Assembly: GCA_034722435.1 (NCBI GenBank)
Contig: JAYENX010000022.1
Location: 1-42,025, forward strand
DNA length: 42,025 bases
Source of the DNA: Nanobdellota archaeon
Lineage (GTDB): Archaea; Nanobdellota; Nanobdellia; Woesearchaeales; JAHWHD01
Reading direction: 5' to 3'
Shown: one piece after another, positions 1-9,239 of the stretch
How positions within the stretch are numbered: position 1 is the stretch's first letter
Layout: each line of letters opens with the position of its first letter
The notes under the pieces: model-generated
What the model saw: the letters and a program-made list of their open reading frames with translations, nothing else
Told to the model about the DNA's origin: nothing
The model's database searches: none
Position numbers and translations under genes: made by a program

Positions 1-1
1 C

Positions 2-208
2 GTGGTTGAAAAAGAGGAGTATGAAGAAACTTTAGAAGCTGAATTTCAAGGAACCTGTCCTCATTGTAAGAAAGAGGTTGAAGGAATTGTTCCGTTTAAA
101 AGAAAAAGTATTGCGGCTGTTAAGACTCTTCGGCTTAAATGTTCTCATTGTGATGGTAATATAGACATTACTAAGAAGATGAAAGAACCGAAGAAAAAGA
201 AGAAATAG
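2..208 (+). CDS. 3' end of a CDS truncated by the window edge; C-terminal zinc ribbon, Lys-rich tail
   Basis: Open from base 2; CPHC...CSHC pairs; stop at 206-208 followed by a T-rich tract. Confidence 0.6.
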   Translation: MVEKEEYEETLEAEFQGTCPHCKKEVEGIVPFKRKSIAAVKTLRLKCSHCDGNIDITKKMKEPKKKKK

Positions 209-282
209 TTTTTATCTTTCTTATATTTTTTTATTATTATTATTATAAAAAAAGTTTATTCTATAAGTTTGGTAATATATAA

Positions 283-1131
283 TTAACTTATTTGTTGAAG
301 GATTTTAGTTTTTGTAGACTCAGGAATGTTAGTAGTGTATTGAGTGGATTTTTCTGAGGATGTGTCTGCAGTTTTTAGAACGTCTTGTCTAGGTGTAACA
401 AAATATATTCTGACAGGATTGTTAATTAAAGACTCTTGTTCATAAGGTAATAAGAATCCGTTTTTAAGAATATAACACGAGTTTTCTAAAATACGCCTTA
501 AATCGGAATCTTTAGTTACGATTGCGCAAGGTTTTTGTTCAAATATCGACATAAATAATGCAGCTGCAACGATTTGTTCGTCAGAATCAGTTTCGGCAAT
601 CTTTTTCTTTGGACGGTCACCTCTAGAGTAATCAATTTTCGAGTCAGTCAAAGAACTAATTATTTTAATTTTATTCTTAAATTCTAAATATGCATCTGGA
701 TCTTCTGGTTTAAATGATGATTTTTGGGCTATACGCAGAAATTCTTTATATTTGAAAGTAATATCTTCCAGTAATCTTTTTTGTTCAGGGTCACTGTAAT
801 TTCTTTTTTCTTTTTTTGAGTTTTTCTTTTGAATCCAGCGTTCTTTTGAATTTAAATAATGAAGAGAGTTTTGGATACAACCTGCGAAATGACTAATTTC
901 ATTTATTACGCCTTCAACAACATAAACATTTGATTGAGAAATCCAAACTACATTTTTAATTATGCTAGCTAGTACGTCCTCCAATTTTTCAGCGTCTATA
1001 TTGGAATAATGTTGTGAATCAAATAAAACATTATGATACCAACCGTCGTTACCAGGGTTACTTCGAACTTCTTGGTCAGTTAAAATGTATTGTTCTTTAA
1101 GAATTTCTTCAAAAGTTGTTAATTCGTGCAT
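283..1131 (-). CDS. PIN-domain-like (putative RNase) protein with long helical insertion
   Basis: PIN-like acidic pattern: VLFDS, VYVVEGVINEI, DSDEQIVAAA, IVTKDSDLRRI. Confidence 0.6.
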   Translation of the reverse strand: MHELTTFEEILKEQYILTDQEVRSNPGNDGWYHNVLFDSQHYSNIDAEKLEDVLASIIKNVVWISQSNVYVVEGVINEISHFAGCIQNSLHYLNSKERWIQKKNSKKEKRNYSDPEQKRLLEDITFKYKEFLRIAQKSSFKPEDPDAYLEFKNKIKIISSLTDSKIDYSRGDRPKKKIAETDSDEQIVAAALFMSIFEQKPCAIVTKDSDLRRILENSCYILKNGFLLPYEQESLINNPVRIYFVTPRQDVLKTADTSSEKSTQYTTNIPESTKTKILQQIS

Positions 1132-1196
1132 TTTATTATTTAGTTAAGTATTTATTTAAAACTTATGTAGATATTGTTAGTCAATAAATAAATTAT

Positions 1197-1213
1197 AAAC
1201 ATTTATATATAAA
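1197..1213 (+). promoter_or_regulatory. Archaeal BRE/TATA-type promoter candidate for metG
   Basis: aaacatttatatataaa ~20 nt upstream of the ATG; the same AACATTTATA core recurs before several transcription units in the window. Confidence 0.5.
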
Positions 1214-1232
1214 TTCTGAATTCTGATTAATC

Positions 1233-3353
1233 ATGCCAAAAAAAGTATTGATAACCTCAGCATTACCGTATGTGAATAATGTGCCTCATCTAGGTACTAT
1301 GGTATGCATTTTATCTGCTGATGTGTATGCACGATTTCTTAGGTCAACAAAGGTTCCTTGTTTATTTGTATGTGGAACTGATGAACATGGTACGACTGCA
1401 GAGGTTAAAGCTGCTGAAGAAGGTTTGACACCGCGAAAATTAGTGGATAAATATTTTGAAATACATAAAGAGATTTATGAATGGTTCCAGTGCAGTTTTG
1501 ATGTGTTTGGTAGAACGTCTTCTAAAGTTAATGCGGAAGTTACACTCGACATATTTGATAAACTTGATAAAAATGGCTATATTAAATCTGATACTCTTGA
1601 ACAATTATATTGTGAGCATGATAAGAAATATTTAGCTGATAGATTTGTAGAAGGTACTTGCCCACACTGCGAATATGAATATGCTCGAGGCGATCAATGC
1701 GAAAGTTGTGGGAAATTGTTGAACGCTGTAGAATTAAAAGATGCAAAATGTAAAACTTGCGGTAGTACTCCAATTGTTAGAAAGACTACTCATTTGTTTA
1801 TTGATCTTCCAAAGATTGAACCCGAATTAAGAGCATGGATTGATAAATCATCTGAACATTGGGCAGAAAATGCTAAGACATTAACATATGCTTGGTTAAA
1901 GGAAGGTTTAAAGCAAAGATGTATAACCAGGGACCTTAAATGGGGAATTCCTGTGCCTAAAAAAGGGTACGAAGATAAAGTTTTTTATTCATGGTTTGAT
2001 GCACCTATAGGGTATATTTCTATACTAAAAGAGAATCATGAAAGAGAGTTTGATATGTGGTGGCACAACCCTGATAATGTTAAACTTGTACAATTCATGG
2101 GTAAAGATAATATCCCGTTCCATACTATATTGTTTCCTTCATTTTTAATTGGCGCTAGAGACGATTATACTTTGCTTCATACAATGGAATCAAATGAATA
2201 TCTTAACTATGAAAATGCACAGTTCAGTAAAAGTAGAGGTACGGGCGTGTTCGGTGATGATGCTATAGATACTGGGATAGATGTTGATGTTTGGAGATAT
2301 TATATCATGGTCAATAGACCTGAAAAAACTGACACGGAATTTACATGGAACGATTTCCAGGTTAAGCTTAACAACGAATTAGTTGCTAACATTGGTAATT
2401 TAGTTAATCGTACTGTATCCTTCATTAACAGATTTTATGATGGTAAGATTCCTAAATATAAGTTAACTAAACATGATGATGAGTTTGTTGAACAGTTAAG
2501 AGCTAAAGAGGTACATATTACTAACCTTTTAAGAGATGTTGAGATAAAAGAAGCGTTAAGAGAGATTATGGCAACTTCTGGTCTGGGTAATAAATATTTC
2601 CAGGAGCAAGAACCGTGGAAAGCTGTTAAAGATGATAAGAAAAAAGCTGACAGGACTATAGCCGTACTTTGTCATGTTGTGAAAGATTTAGCGATTCTTA
2701 TAGAACCTTATCTTCCAATGACAGCTACACGGATAAGGGTAATGCTTAATGTTGAGAAATTGTCGTGGGCAGATCTGGGTAAATTGAATATTAAACCAGG
2801 CCATACATTGAACAAGGCAAGAATCTTGTTTTCAAAGCTTGAAGATTCGCAGGTTAAAGAGTTCAGGGAGAAATATGCAGGTAAAAAGAAAGATAATACC
2901 ATACCCGATATAAGGGTTGCAGAGATAATTGGGGTTGAAGAACATCCTAAAGCCGATAAACTTTATATTTTTAAAATTAATCTAGGAAATGAACAAAGAC
3001 AAATAGTGGCAGGGTTGCGAAAGTATTATGAAAAGGATGCGTTAGTAGGGAAAAAGATTGTTGTAGTATGTAGTCTTGAACCTGCAGAATTACGCGGAGA
3101 GACAAGCGAGGGTATGTTGTTAGCTGTTGATGATGATAAAAATGTTGGTGTTTTAGTAGCGCCGGATAGTAAACCAGGTGATCAGGTAACTGCGGAAGGG
3201 TTTGAAGTTAGCAAGAATCAAATATCTATTGATGAATTTATGAAGTTTGAGATTAAATGTAAGCGCGGAACTGCATATTTTTGTGGCACAGTGCTTGAGA
3301 CCGAACATGAACAGATTGTTTCTGAGAAAGTTAAGGATGGTAAGGTTAGATAA
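1233..3353 (+). CDS. metG: Methionine--tRNA ligase with C-terminal OB-fold tRNA-binding domain
   Basis: LITSALPYVNNVPHLG (HIGH-like HLGT), Cys knuckles (CPHC, CESC, CKTC), ITRDLKWG, WFDAPIGY, FMGKDNIPFH, FSKSRG (KMSKS-like), C-terminal HPKADKL...RQIVAG...SEGMLL. Confidence 0.98.
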   Translation: MPKKVLITSALPYVNNVPHLGTMVCILSADVYARFLRSTKVPCLFVCGTDEHGTTAEVKAAEEGLTPRKLVDKYFEIHKEIYEWFQCSFDVFGRTSSKVNAEVTLDIFDKLDKNGYIKSDTLEQLYCEHDKKYLADRFVEGTCPHCEYEYARGDQCESCGKLLNAVELKDAKCKTCGSTPIVRKTTHLFIDLPKIEPELRAWIDKSSEHWAENAKTLTYAWLKEGLKQRCITRDLKWGIPVPKKGYEDKVFYSWFDAPIGYISILKENHEREFDMWWHNPDNVKLVQFMGKDNIPFHTILFPSFLIGARDDYTLLHTMESNEYLNYENAQFSKSRGTGVFGDDAIDTGIDVDVWRYYIMVNRPEKTDTEFTWNDFQVKLNNELVANIGNLVNRTVSFINRFYDGKIPKYKLTKHDDEFVEQLRAKEVHITNLLRDVEIKEALREIMATSGLGNKYFQEQEPWKAVKDDKKKADRTIAVLCHVVKDLAILIEPYLPMTATRIRVMLNVEKLSWADLGKLNIKPGHTLNKARILFSKLEDSQVKEFREKYAGKKKDNTIPDIRVAEIIGVEEHPKADKLYIFKINLGNEQRQIVAGLRKYYEKDALVGKKIVVVCSLEPAELRGETSEGMLLAVDDDKNVGVLVAPDSKPGDQVTAEGFEVSKNQISIDEFMKFEIKCKRGTAYFCGTVLETEHEQIVSEKVKDGKVR

Positions 3354-3392
3354 CTTTTGACATAATCCTCTATAATTATATACAAAAAAACC

Positions 3393-3405
3393 AAACATTT
3401 ATAAG
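3393..3405 (+). promoter_or_regulatory. BRE/TATA-type promoter candidate for the surface-protein operon
   Basis: aaacatttataag ~40 nt upstream of the first gene of the 22 kb run. Confidence 0.5.
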
Positions 3406-3443
3406 CTAAAACTGATTTTTCTTTATAAATTAATTAAACAGGG

Positions 3444-5531
3444 GTGTTTATAATTATTGATAAAAGAGGTCAGATAACTATATTTATAATTATAGGTATC
3501 ATGATTCTGGCAACAGTAGGTATAATTGTCTATGTTCGTTATTCTGCTGTTAAGCCCTCTGTTGGTATTTCTGAGATTGTTCCTGAAGAAGTTGCACCTG
3601 TGAAAGTGTTTGTAGAAGAGTGTCTGCAGCAAGTTGCCACTAGAGGTTTAGAAATTGCGGGTGAACAAGGTGGATACATTGATCCTGAGTCGTGGGGATT
3701 GATTTATAGAGAGAATGATCCTACAAGTGGAAATGCAATAGAATTTACGTCTTTAGTTCCGTATTGGTTTCATCTAGGTGCCGATAATGATTGTTCAGGT
3801 ACTTGTTGGTTTGGTTCAGAGAAACCACCTCTTAGAATTGAGGACGGTAATCCGAGCATACAATCAATGGTTGAACAATATGTTCTTGATAATATTGACC
3901 AATGTTTTAGAAATTTTAACAGTTTTCCACAGTATGAAGTTGTAGTAGAAGGCGAGAAAGAAATAACTTCGATAATCGCACGAAATAATGTAGTGTATAA
4001 TTTTAAACTACCTCTAAAAATCGATTCAGGCTCTACAAAGGCAAAAATTTCTCAGTTTAGCTCAACAGTACAGATCGCATTGCCTGCGCTTTATGATTTA
4101 TCATCAACAATTACAGATACGCAAGCGCAGTATTGTTTCCTTGAACATGACGTTATTGAACTTATATCTATTTTTTCTGGTGTTGAAAAAAATAAGTTTC
4201 CGCCAATGTCGGAAATGAGAATGGATAGTACTCCTGTAATATGGTTTACGCGTGATGTAAAAGAGAAAATGCAGGAACTTCTCCAGAGCTATATTCCACT
4301 TCTACAAATGGAGAATTCTTTAAACTTTAAACAGTTAAGAGTGCCTGACACTGTAGCTAATAGCGATATGATTAATAGAATGTATTCTAACATGATAATT
4401 CCCCTTGACGCAACAGGTTATACTGTATATTTTGATTATTTATCTGACTGGGATATATATTTTGATATGGGTAAAGGTAACATGATAAAACCTGACGGGT
4501 TCAGTGTGCCGTTCTTAGGTTTTGGAATGCAAAAGTATGATTTTGGTTATGATGTTAGCTTTCCCGTAATTGTTACAGTTAATGACCCTACAGCTTTAGG
4601 GGGTCGAGGTTATAATTTTAAGTTTGCTCTTGAAGAAAATATTCGTAATAATAGGTGTTTAGAATCTAATTTTGAAAATTTAGATATATCAAAAGTTTCA
4701 GGTACGTCCATGCTTTGTGATAACGATAAACGTAACTCTGGGTTAATTAATATAAGTGTTAAAGATGAAGAGGGTATACCGGTAGTAGGAGCGTTCATCA
4801 CGTTTGCATCTGATGATGCATGTCCCCTAGGTACAACTGACGGCAGTGGGGAGTATGCAGATAATTTCCCGGTAGCTATTGGAACTTTAAACATCGATCA
4901 TCCTAATTATTTAGCAACTACAAAAGCATATTCAACAAGTTTAGATGAAGATGATGAACAAGACATAGTATTACAAAAATCTAGGAATGTAAAACTTAAA
5001 ATCCTTAAGAAAAATTATATTAGACAACCAGGATGGGCATTCAATAATTTTGAACTTGGATTAGATTTCAAAGAAGAGGCGATATTAACTTTTACAAGAG
5101 TTCCTGAAGAAGGCGAAACAGAATATACAACTATTTCAAGGTATTCTGGTGAAATGTCGTCTAAAAATGAATTTAGTGATGTTGAACTTTATCCAGGAAC
5201 ATACGATGTAAGCATATTGTTATTTTCTTATCGACCTTTAAGAATACCTGAAAGTCATAGAGAAGAAGGTGGATTCTTTGATTCTGTTGAGTTTACAATA
5301 CCAGAAGTTAATATGGAACAATGGCAGTCTGGTGGTCTGGAGATGAAAGAACTGTCTGGACGTTGGACTGTGTCAGCTAATGACCTTGATAGAGCAGATC
5401 ATATTAAATTTTATACCATAGGATTTTATCAAAATGATATGTTAGCTATAGAAGACCTTGATCATATGTCGAAGCTTGAACAGTATACTCAAGTTAATAG
5501 ACCGTATCTAGAACCGAGGATAGAAATATGA
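3444..5531 (+). CDS. Large membrane-anchored protein with class III (prepilin-like) signal peptide; paralogue A1
   Basis: KRGQITIFIIIGIMILATVGIIVYV N-terminus; conserved PVKVFVEECL...GEQGGY; beta-rich body with a transthyretin/carboxypeptidase-regulatory-like segment (ISVKDEEGIPVVGAFITF). True start uncertain (GTG 3444 or ATT 3453). Confidence 0.85.
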   Translation: MFIIIDKRGQITIFIIIGIMILATVGIIVYVRYSAVKPSVGISEIVPEEVAPVKVFVEECLQQVATRGLEIAGEQGGYIDPESWGLIYRENDPTSGNAIEFTSLVPYWFHLGADNDCSGTCWFGSEKPPLRIEDGNPSIQSMVEQYVLDNIDQCFRNFNSFPQYEVVVEGEKEITSIIARNNVVYNFKLPLKIDSGSTKAKISQFSSTVQIALPALYDLSSTITDTQAQYCFLEHDVIELISIFSGVEKNKFPPMSEMRMDSTPVIWFTRDVKEKMQELLQSYIPLLQMENSLNFKQLRVPDTVANSDMINRMYSNMIIPLDATGYTVYFDYLSDWDIYFDMGKGNMIKPDGFSVPFLGFGMQKYDFGYDVSFPVIVTVNDPTALGGRGYNFKFALEENIRNNRCLESNFENLDISKVSGTSMLCDNDKRNSGLINISVKDEEGIPVVGAFITFASDDACPLGTTDGSGEYADNFPVAIGTLNIDHPNYLATTKAYSTSLDEDDEQDIVLQKSRNVKLKILKKNYIRQPGWAFNNFELGLDFKEEAILTFTRVPEEGETEYTTISRYSGEMSSKNEFSDVELYPGTYDVSILLFSYRPLRIPESHREEGGFFDSVEFTIPEVNMEQWQSGGLEMKELSGRWTVSANDLDRADHIKFYTIGFYQNDMLAIEDLDHMSKLEQYTQVNRPYLEPRIEI

Positions 5532-8500
5532 AAGATAAAATAGCAATATTCATGATATGTCTTGTACTAAGTTTGACTATCGTTACTGCTGATGCGTATG
5601 CAGGGATTGTAAGTGTTGAGACTCATGGAATTGATGGCATATCTAATACAGCGGAAAGAGAGGGTTATAGAAGAAATACTAATGATCAAGCGATTATTGA
5701 AGTGGTTGCGGAAAATGCTGATGGAAGTGCTGTGACGAAGGATAAACTGAAAATTGGAACTGCACCTAACTTCCTGAGTTTTACTGAAGATTGTGTACAA
5801 GAACCTCTCTCTACCAAGTATAGATGTAAATTTATTGATACAAGAGATTTTGCGCCAGGTAAACATTCGTTTACTGTAAGGTTATTTGAAACTACAACGC
5901 CAACACAATATACAACTGCGGTTGATGAAAAATCAGGTACACTTTATTCTGATGGTCTAGGGCCTTTGATTGAAATTTTAGAGGTTAGTCAAGTGGGAGA
6001 AAATGTTTCTGTAAAATATAATGTAAGAGATAAAGCTTGCGATGATGCTGATTGTAATGGGAAGTGTGCAGGTATAATGAAAGTAGTATTCCCTGGTGCT
6101 GACCCTGCGTATGAAGAATTGTTGAACACTTCAGATTGTTCAGTAAATAATATTGAAAGTATAGTGCACATACCTCAGACAGGGGTACAAGCAATCACTC
6201 TTGTTGCGCATGATAGGGTGGGTCTTCAGACCACTGCTACATCTGAGCTTCTATTAATAGATACTAATGCTCCGCGAATAGGGGATAATTTTAATATACG
6301 CGTTAATGAACGCGATCTTGGTTACATTTCTACAAGTGCAGGTGATAGAATAATTACTAATGCAGTTCTTACAGTTGAAGTTGATGAAGAAAATATATCG
6401 CAAGCGTTTGCAAATTTGCAAGAGCTTAATTCGTTCAGCGTAATTGAAGATTATAGTAATGTGCCTGCAACAGGGTGTAATCTTGTTAATACTAAATATG
6501 TATGTAACTGGACAGGTCTTAATTTAGTTATATCTGAAGAAGGTCCTAAAATCAGCGTTACAGTTATTGATAAAGCAGGGTATAGCGAAACTAAAGAGAT
6601 ACAAAAGAATCTTCTTGTTGATAATAGTGCTCCAGAGATACTTTTCTTAGGTACTGATAATTGTAAAATGGTGGACGATGAACAAATGTGTTTCATTACT
6701 GACAATAATAATACAATCTTTGCAAGGATTAGAGAGAGCGGTGCAGGGTTTCATCAAAACTTTTCAAGGTTTGGCGAGCTTCGCTATAAACGGATGATAC
6801 TTGACATGACATCTTTAAGAGGAGGAGGTCTTGATAATCTTAGAGTTTTTGCGGATGATTGTGTTCAAACCGGTGCAGATGAATGGGTATGTATATGGAA
6901 AAATGTTAATGTTGATTCTGCGTTCAAAGCTAAAGATAGTTTTAGGTTAAATGTTGTAGATGGTAGCAAGGACGACGCACAAAATTCTGTTGTAGGGATT
7001 ACTTCGGCAACAATATATATTGATAGAACGCTTCCTGTAATCGAAGAGTTAAAAGTTGTTCCTATAACTGAGGCAGGAAGTCTTGAAGGAATATTGGTAG
7101 GTGGTAGGCATGTAAGTGCGATCGCAAAGATTACAGATGAACTACCTGTTACAGGTTATGCTGATTTTTCGAATGTTATATCTGGTGTTGGAGTTGTACA
7201 GGGAGAATGTGCAGTGGTAGAGAATTTCACTACAATCTGTCTATGGGAAGATGCTGGACTGGCTAACTCAGTATCAAGAGAAGAACCTGCATGGGACAGG
7301 GATATATTGTTTACTTTTGAGGATGCAACAGGAAACACTGTTAATCAAACAGTTACTTTAGATATCTTGTTTCAGGAAGATTCGCTTCCTAATTACTGGT
7401 CAATTGATGTTGATGATGTTAGAGCTTCACCAGGGAAACTTGACAAGGCTACGATGCACCTTATACCGCAAAGAGTTTATTTTGAGATTACTCCTCAACG
7501 GACAGGGGTTAGTAATGTTGAACTCAGAGTTTTGGAAATAGAAGGATGTGAAGGAAAGGATTCTGATTTGATCATGGGTGGGAAACTTGTTAGGGGGTCA
7601 TCTAAAGAATGGATTAATCTTGAGATTGTGCCGCATATGCCTGAAGAAAATGTTATTGAATTAAATTTCGAATGTACATTAAAAATAATATCTATAGTTA
7701 ATGATAAAATAGTTACCGGTGCAGAGATTGAGAATGTTACTCTTTCAGTTCCGTTATATGATTCAGGGTTAATATTAGAAGAACAAATAAATGGTAAGAT
7801 TGATGATGCTAAAGATGATTTATTGTTTAAGTTAAGCGATAATGGTGTGTTTGGTACACTGAGTAAAGTTATGGATATTTTTGAAAAAATATGTAAGATT
7901 ACACAGTTATACGGTACAATTGTTCAGTTGATTGCCACAGTAAGACAGGTTGTTGATGTAATGAGCGGTACTCCGTGGGGAGAAGCTGCGAAAGCTAAGA
8001 ATACAAAACTGCAATCAATAACTAATAGTGCTAAGCAAGGTATGTTGAAGCACGTGTATAAATGGTGCGAGTTTATATCGTGTAATAAGAAAAATACTGA
8101 GAACATATTTGGGTCTAGTATGGGTTCTTTTTATTTTAAGGATGCTAAAAAGACTAAGAATTTTGGTTTCTTTGGAAGTTTATCAAAGTATCCAGAAAAT
8201 CCTAAAGAGAGTTTGGCATTAAGTCTGAGCACTGGATGTATACCTGGAATAATATATAATCTTAGAAAGTATAGAAAAATCAATTGTGAATATATATCAT
8301 GTTTAAAGAAGAAGGTGCCGGCAGGTACTCCGATTTCAGTATGCGAGTATCAGAAAAGTTATGCAACATGTACATTTGTATGGGGTAACCTTTTTAGCAT
8401 AATTCCGTTTGCAGGTGCGCTTCAGAAAGTGTTCCAACAATTTTATTATGCGCTTTCGCACCCGCTTAGTCTTGTGACTGGGTTCGTCATGTCGAAAGTG

Positions 8501-8683
8501 TTAGCATGTAAAACAAAAGCTGTAACTGATGCTAAAAAGGGTGTAACAGCATATAATGTGGCATGTACATTTGTTTATCTTGTTCCAGAGATAAAACGGT
8601 TAACTGAGGATTTGAAGAATTTTGCTGATAAATCCGCATGGACAGTTGATGATTCAGTATGTAGTATATTAGACGAGGAATAA
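5528..8683 (+). CDS. Secreted 1051-aa protein: Ig-like repeats plus C-terminal Cys-rich helical domain; paralogue B1
   Basis: Sec-type signal peptide; repeated D-x-x-[AL]P-x-I Ig-boundary motifs (DTNAPRI, DNSAPEI, DRTLPVI); many Cys pairs; CIPGII Cys motif at 8237; ATGA overlap with upstream gene. Confidence 0.85.
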   Translation: MKDKIAIFMICLVLSLTIVTADAYAGIVSVETHGIDGISNTAEREGYRRNTNDQAIIEVVAENADGSAVTKDKLKIGTAPNFLSFTEDCVQEPLSTKYRCKFIDTRDFAPGKHSFTVRLFETTTPTQYTTAVDEKSGTLYSDGLGPLIEILEVSQVGENVSVKYNVRDKACDDADCNGKCAGIMKVVFPGADPAYEELLNTSDCSVNNIESIVHIPQTGVQAITLVAHDRVGLQTTATSELLLIDTNAPRIGDNFNIRVNERDLGYISTSAGDRIITNAVLTVEVDEENISQAFANLQELNSFSVIEDYSNVPATGCNLVNTKYVCNWTGLNLVISEEGPKISVTVIDKAGYSETKEIQKNLLVDNSAPEILFLGTDNCKMVDDEQMCFITDNNNTIFARIRESGAGFHQNFSRFGELRYKRMILDMTSLRGGGLDNLRVFADDCVQTGADEWVCIWKNVNVDSAFKAKDSFRLNVVDGSKDDAQNSVVGITSATIYIDRTLPVIEELKVVPITEAGSLEGILVGGRHVSAIAKITDELPVTGYADFSNVISGVGVVQGECAVVENFTTICLWEDAGLANSVSREEPAWDRDILFTFEDATGNTVNQTVTLDILFQEDSLPNYWSIDVDDVRASPGKLDKATMHLIPQRVYFEITPQRTGVSNVELRVLEIEGCEGKDSDLIMGGKLVRGSSKEWINLEIVPHMPEENVIELNFECTLKIISIVNDKIVTGAEIENVTLSVPLYDSGLILEEQINGKIDDAKDDLLFKLSDNGVFGTLSKVMDIFEKICKITQLYGTIVQLIATVRQVVDVMSGTPWGEAAKAKNTKLQSITNSAKQGMLKHVYKWCEFISCNKKNTENIFGSSMGSFYFKDAKKTKNFGFFGSLSKYPENPKESLALSLSTGCIPGIIYNLRKYRKINCEYISCLKKKVPAGTPISVCEYQKSYATCTFVWGNLFSIIPFAGALQKVFQQFYYALSHPLSLVTGFVMSKVLACKTKAVTDAKKGVTAYNVACTFVYLVPEIKRLTEDLKNFADKSAWTVDDSVCSILDEE

Positions 8684-8684
8684 A

Positions 8685-9239
8685 ATGGTTGATCAAATAT
8701 TCAGGGGATTACCTGTACCAGAAAATGTTATCAGGAAAAGAAGGTTTATGTTTTTGATAGGTATAGTGATAATTATAGTCGCAATTATTGGATTGGTTAT
8801 TTTTTTAACTGGCGATAAAGAAACAGTAACTGAGGATATTAATATTGATAATTTCCAGATTAATAAAGCGGTTTTGGCTAATAGTGTAGGAGATGATTTT
8901 GTGTACACTGAAAAGTCAGGTGAAGAATATAACATCGGTGAGCCTATAACCATGTACTTGGAATCGGTTGGGTATCCAACATATCAAGAAGGAGATAAGT
9001 ATTTGGTAAGTTCGAGTTTTAATGTAGTAATGATTGATGCAGACGGTTATTCAATTGCAACACACACAGGTAATGTTGTGAGTATTAATGATTTTATGGA
9101 TGATAAAAGTTTATTGAAATATTCAGGAGTGTTAGATTCGAGTAGTCTGGAACCAGGAGAGTATAAGTTGGAGTTCGAGGTTACAGATGATATTACTAAT
9201 ACCAGAAGAACAGTCACAAAGGATATTATTGTAAAATGA
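8685..9239 (+). CDS. Single-pass membrane protein with an extracellular Ig-like domain
   Basis: RKRR followed by one hydrophobic helix; C-terminal LEPGEYKLEFEVTD beta-sandwich motif; starts 1 nt after the upstream stop. Confidence 0.8.
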   Translation: MVDQIFRGLPVPENVIRKRRFMFLIGIVIIIVAIIGLVIFLTGDKETVTEDINIDNFQINKAVLANSVGDDFVYTEKSGEEYNIGEPITMYLESVGYPTYQEGDKYLVSSSFNVVMIDADGYSIATHTGNVVSINDFMDDKSLLKYSGVLDSSSLEPGEYKLEFEVTDDITNTRRTVTKDIIVK

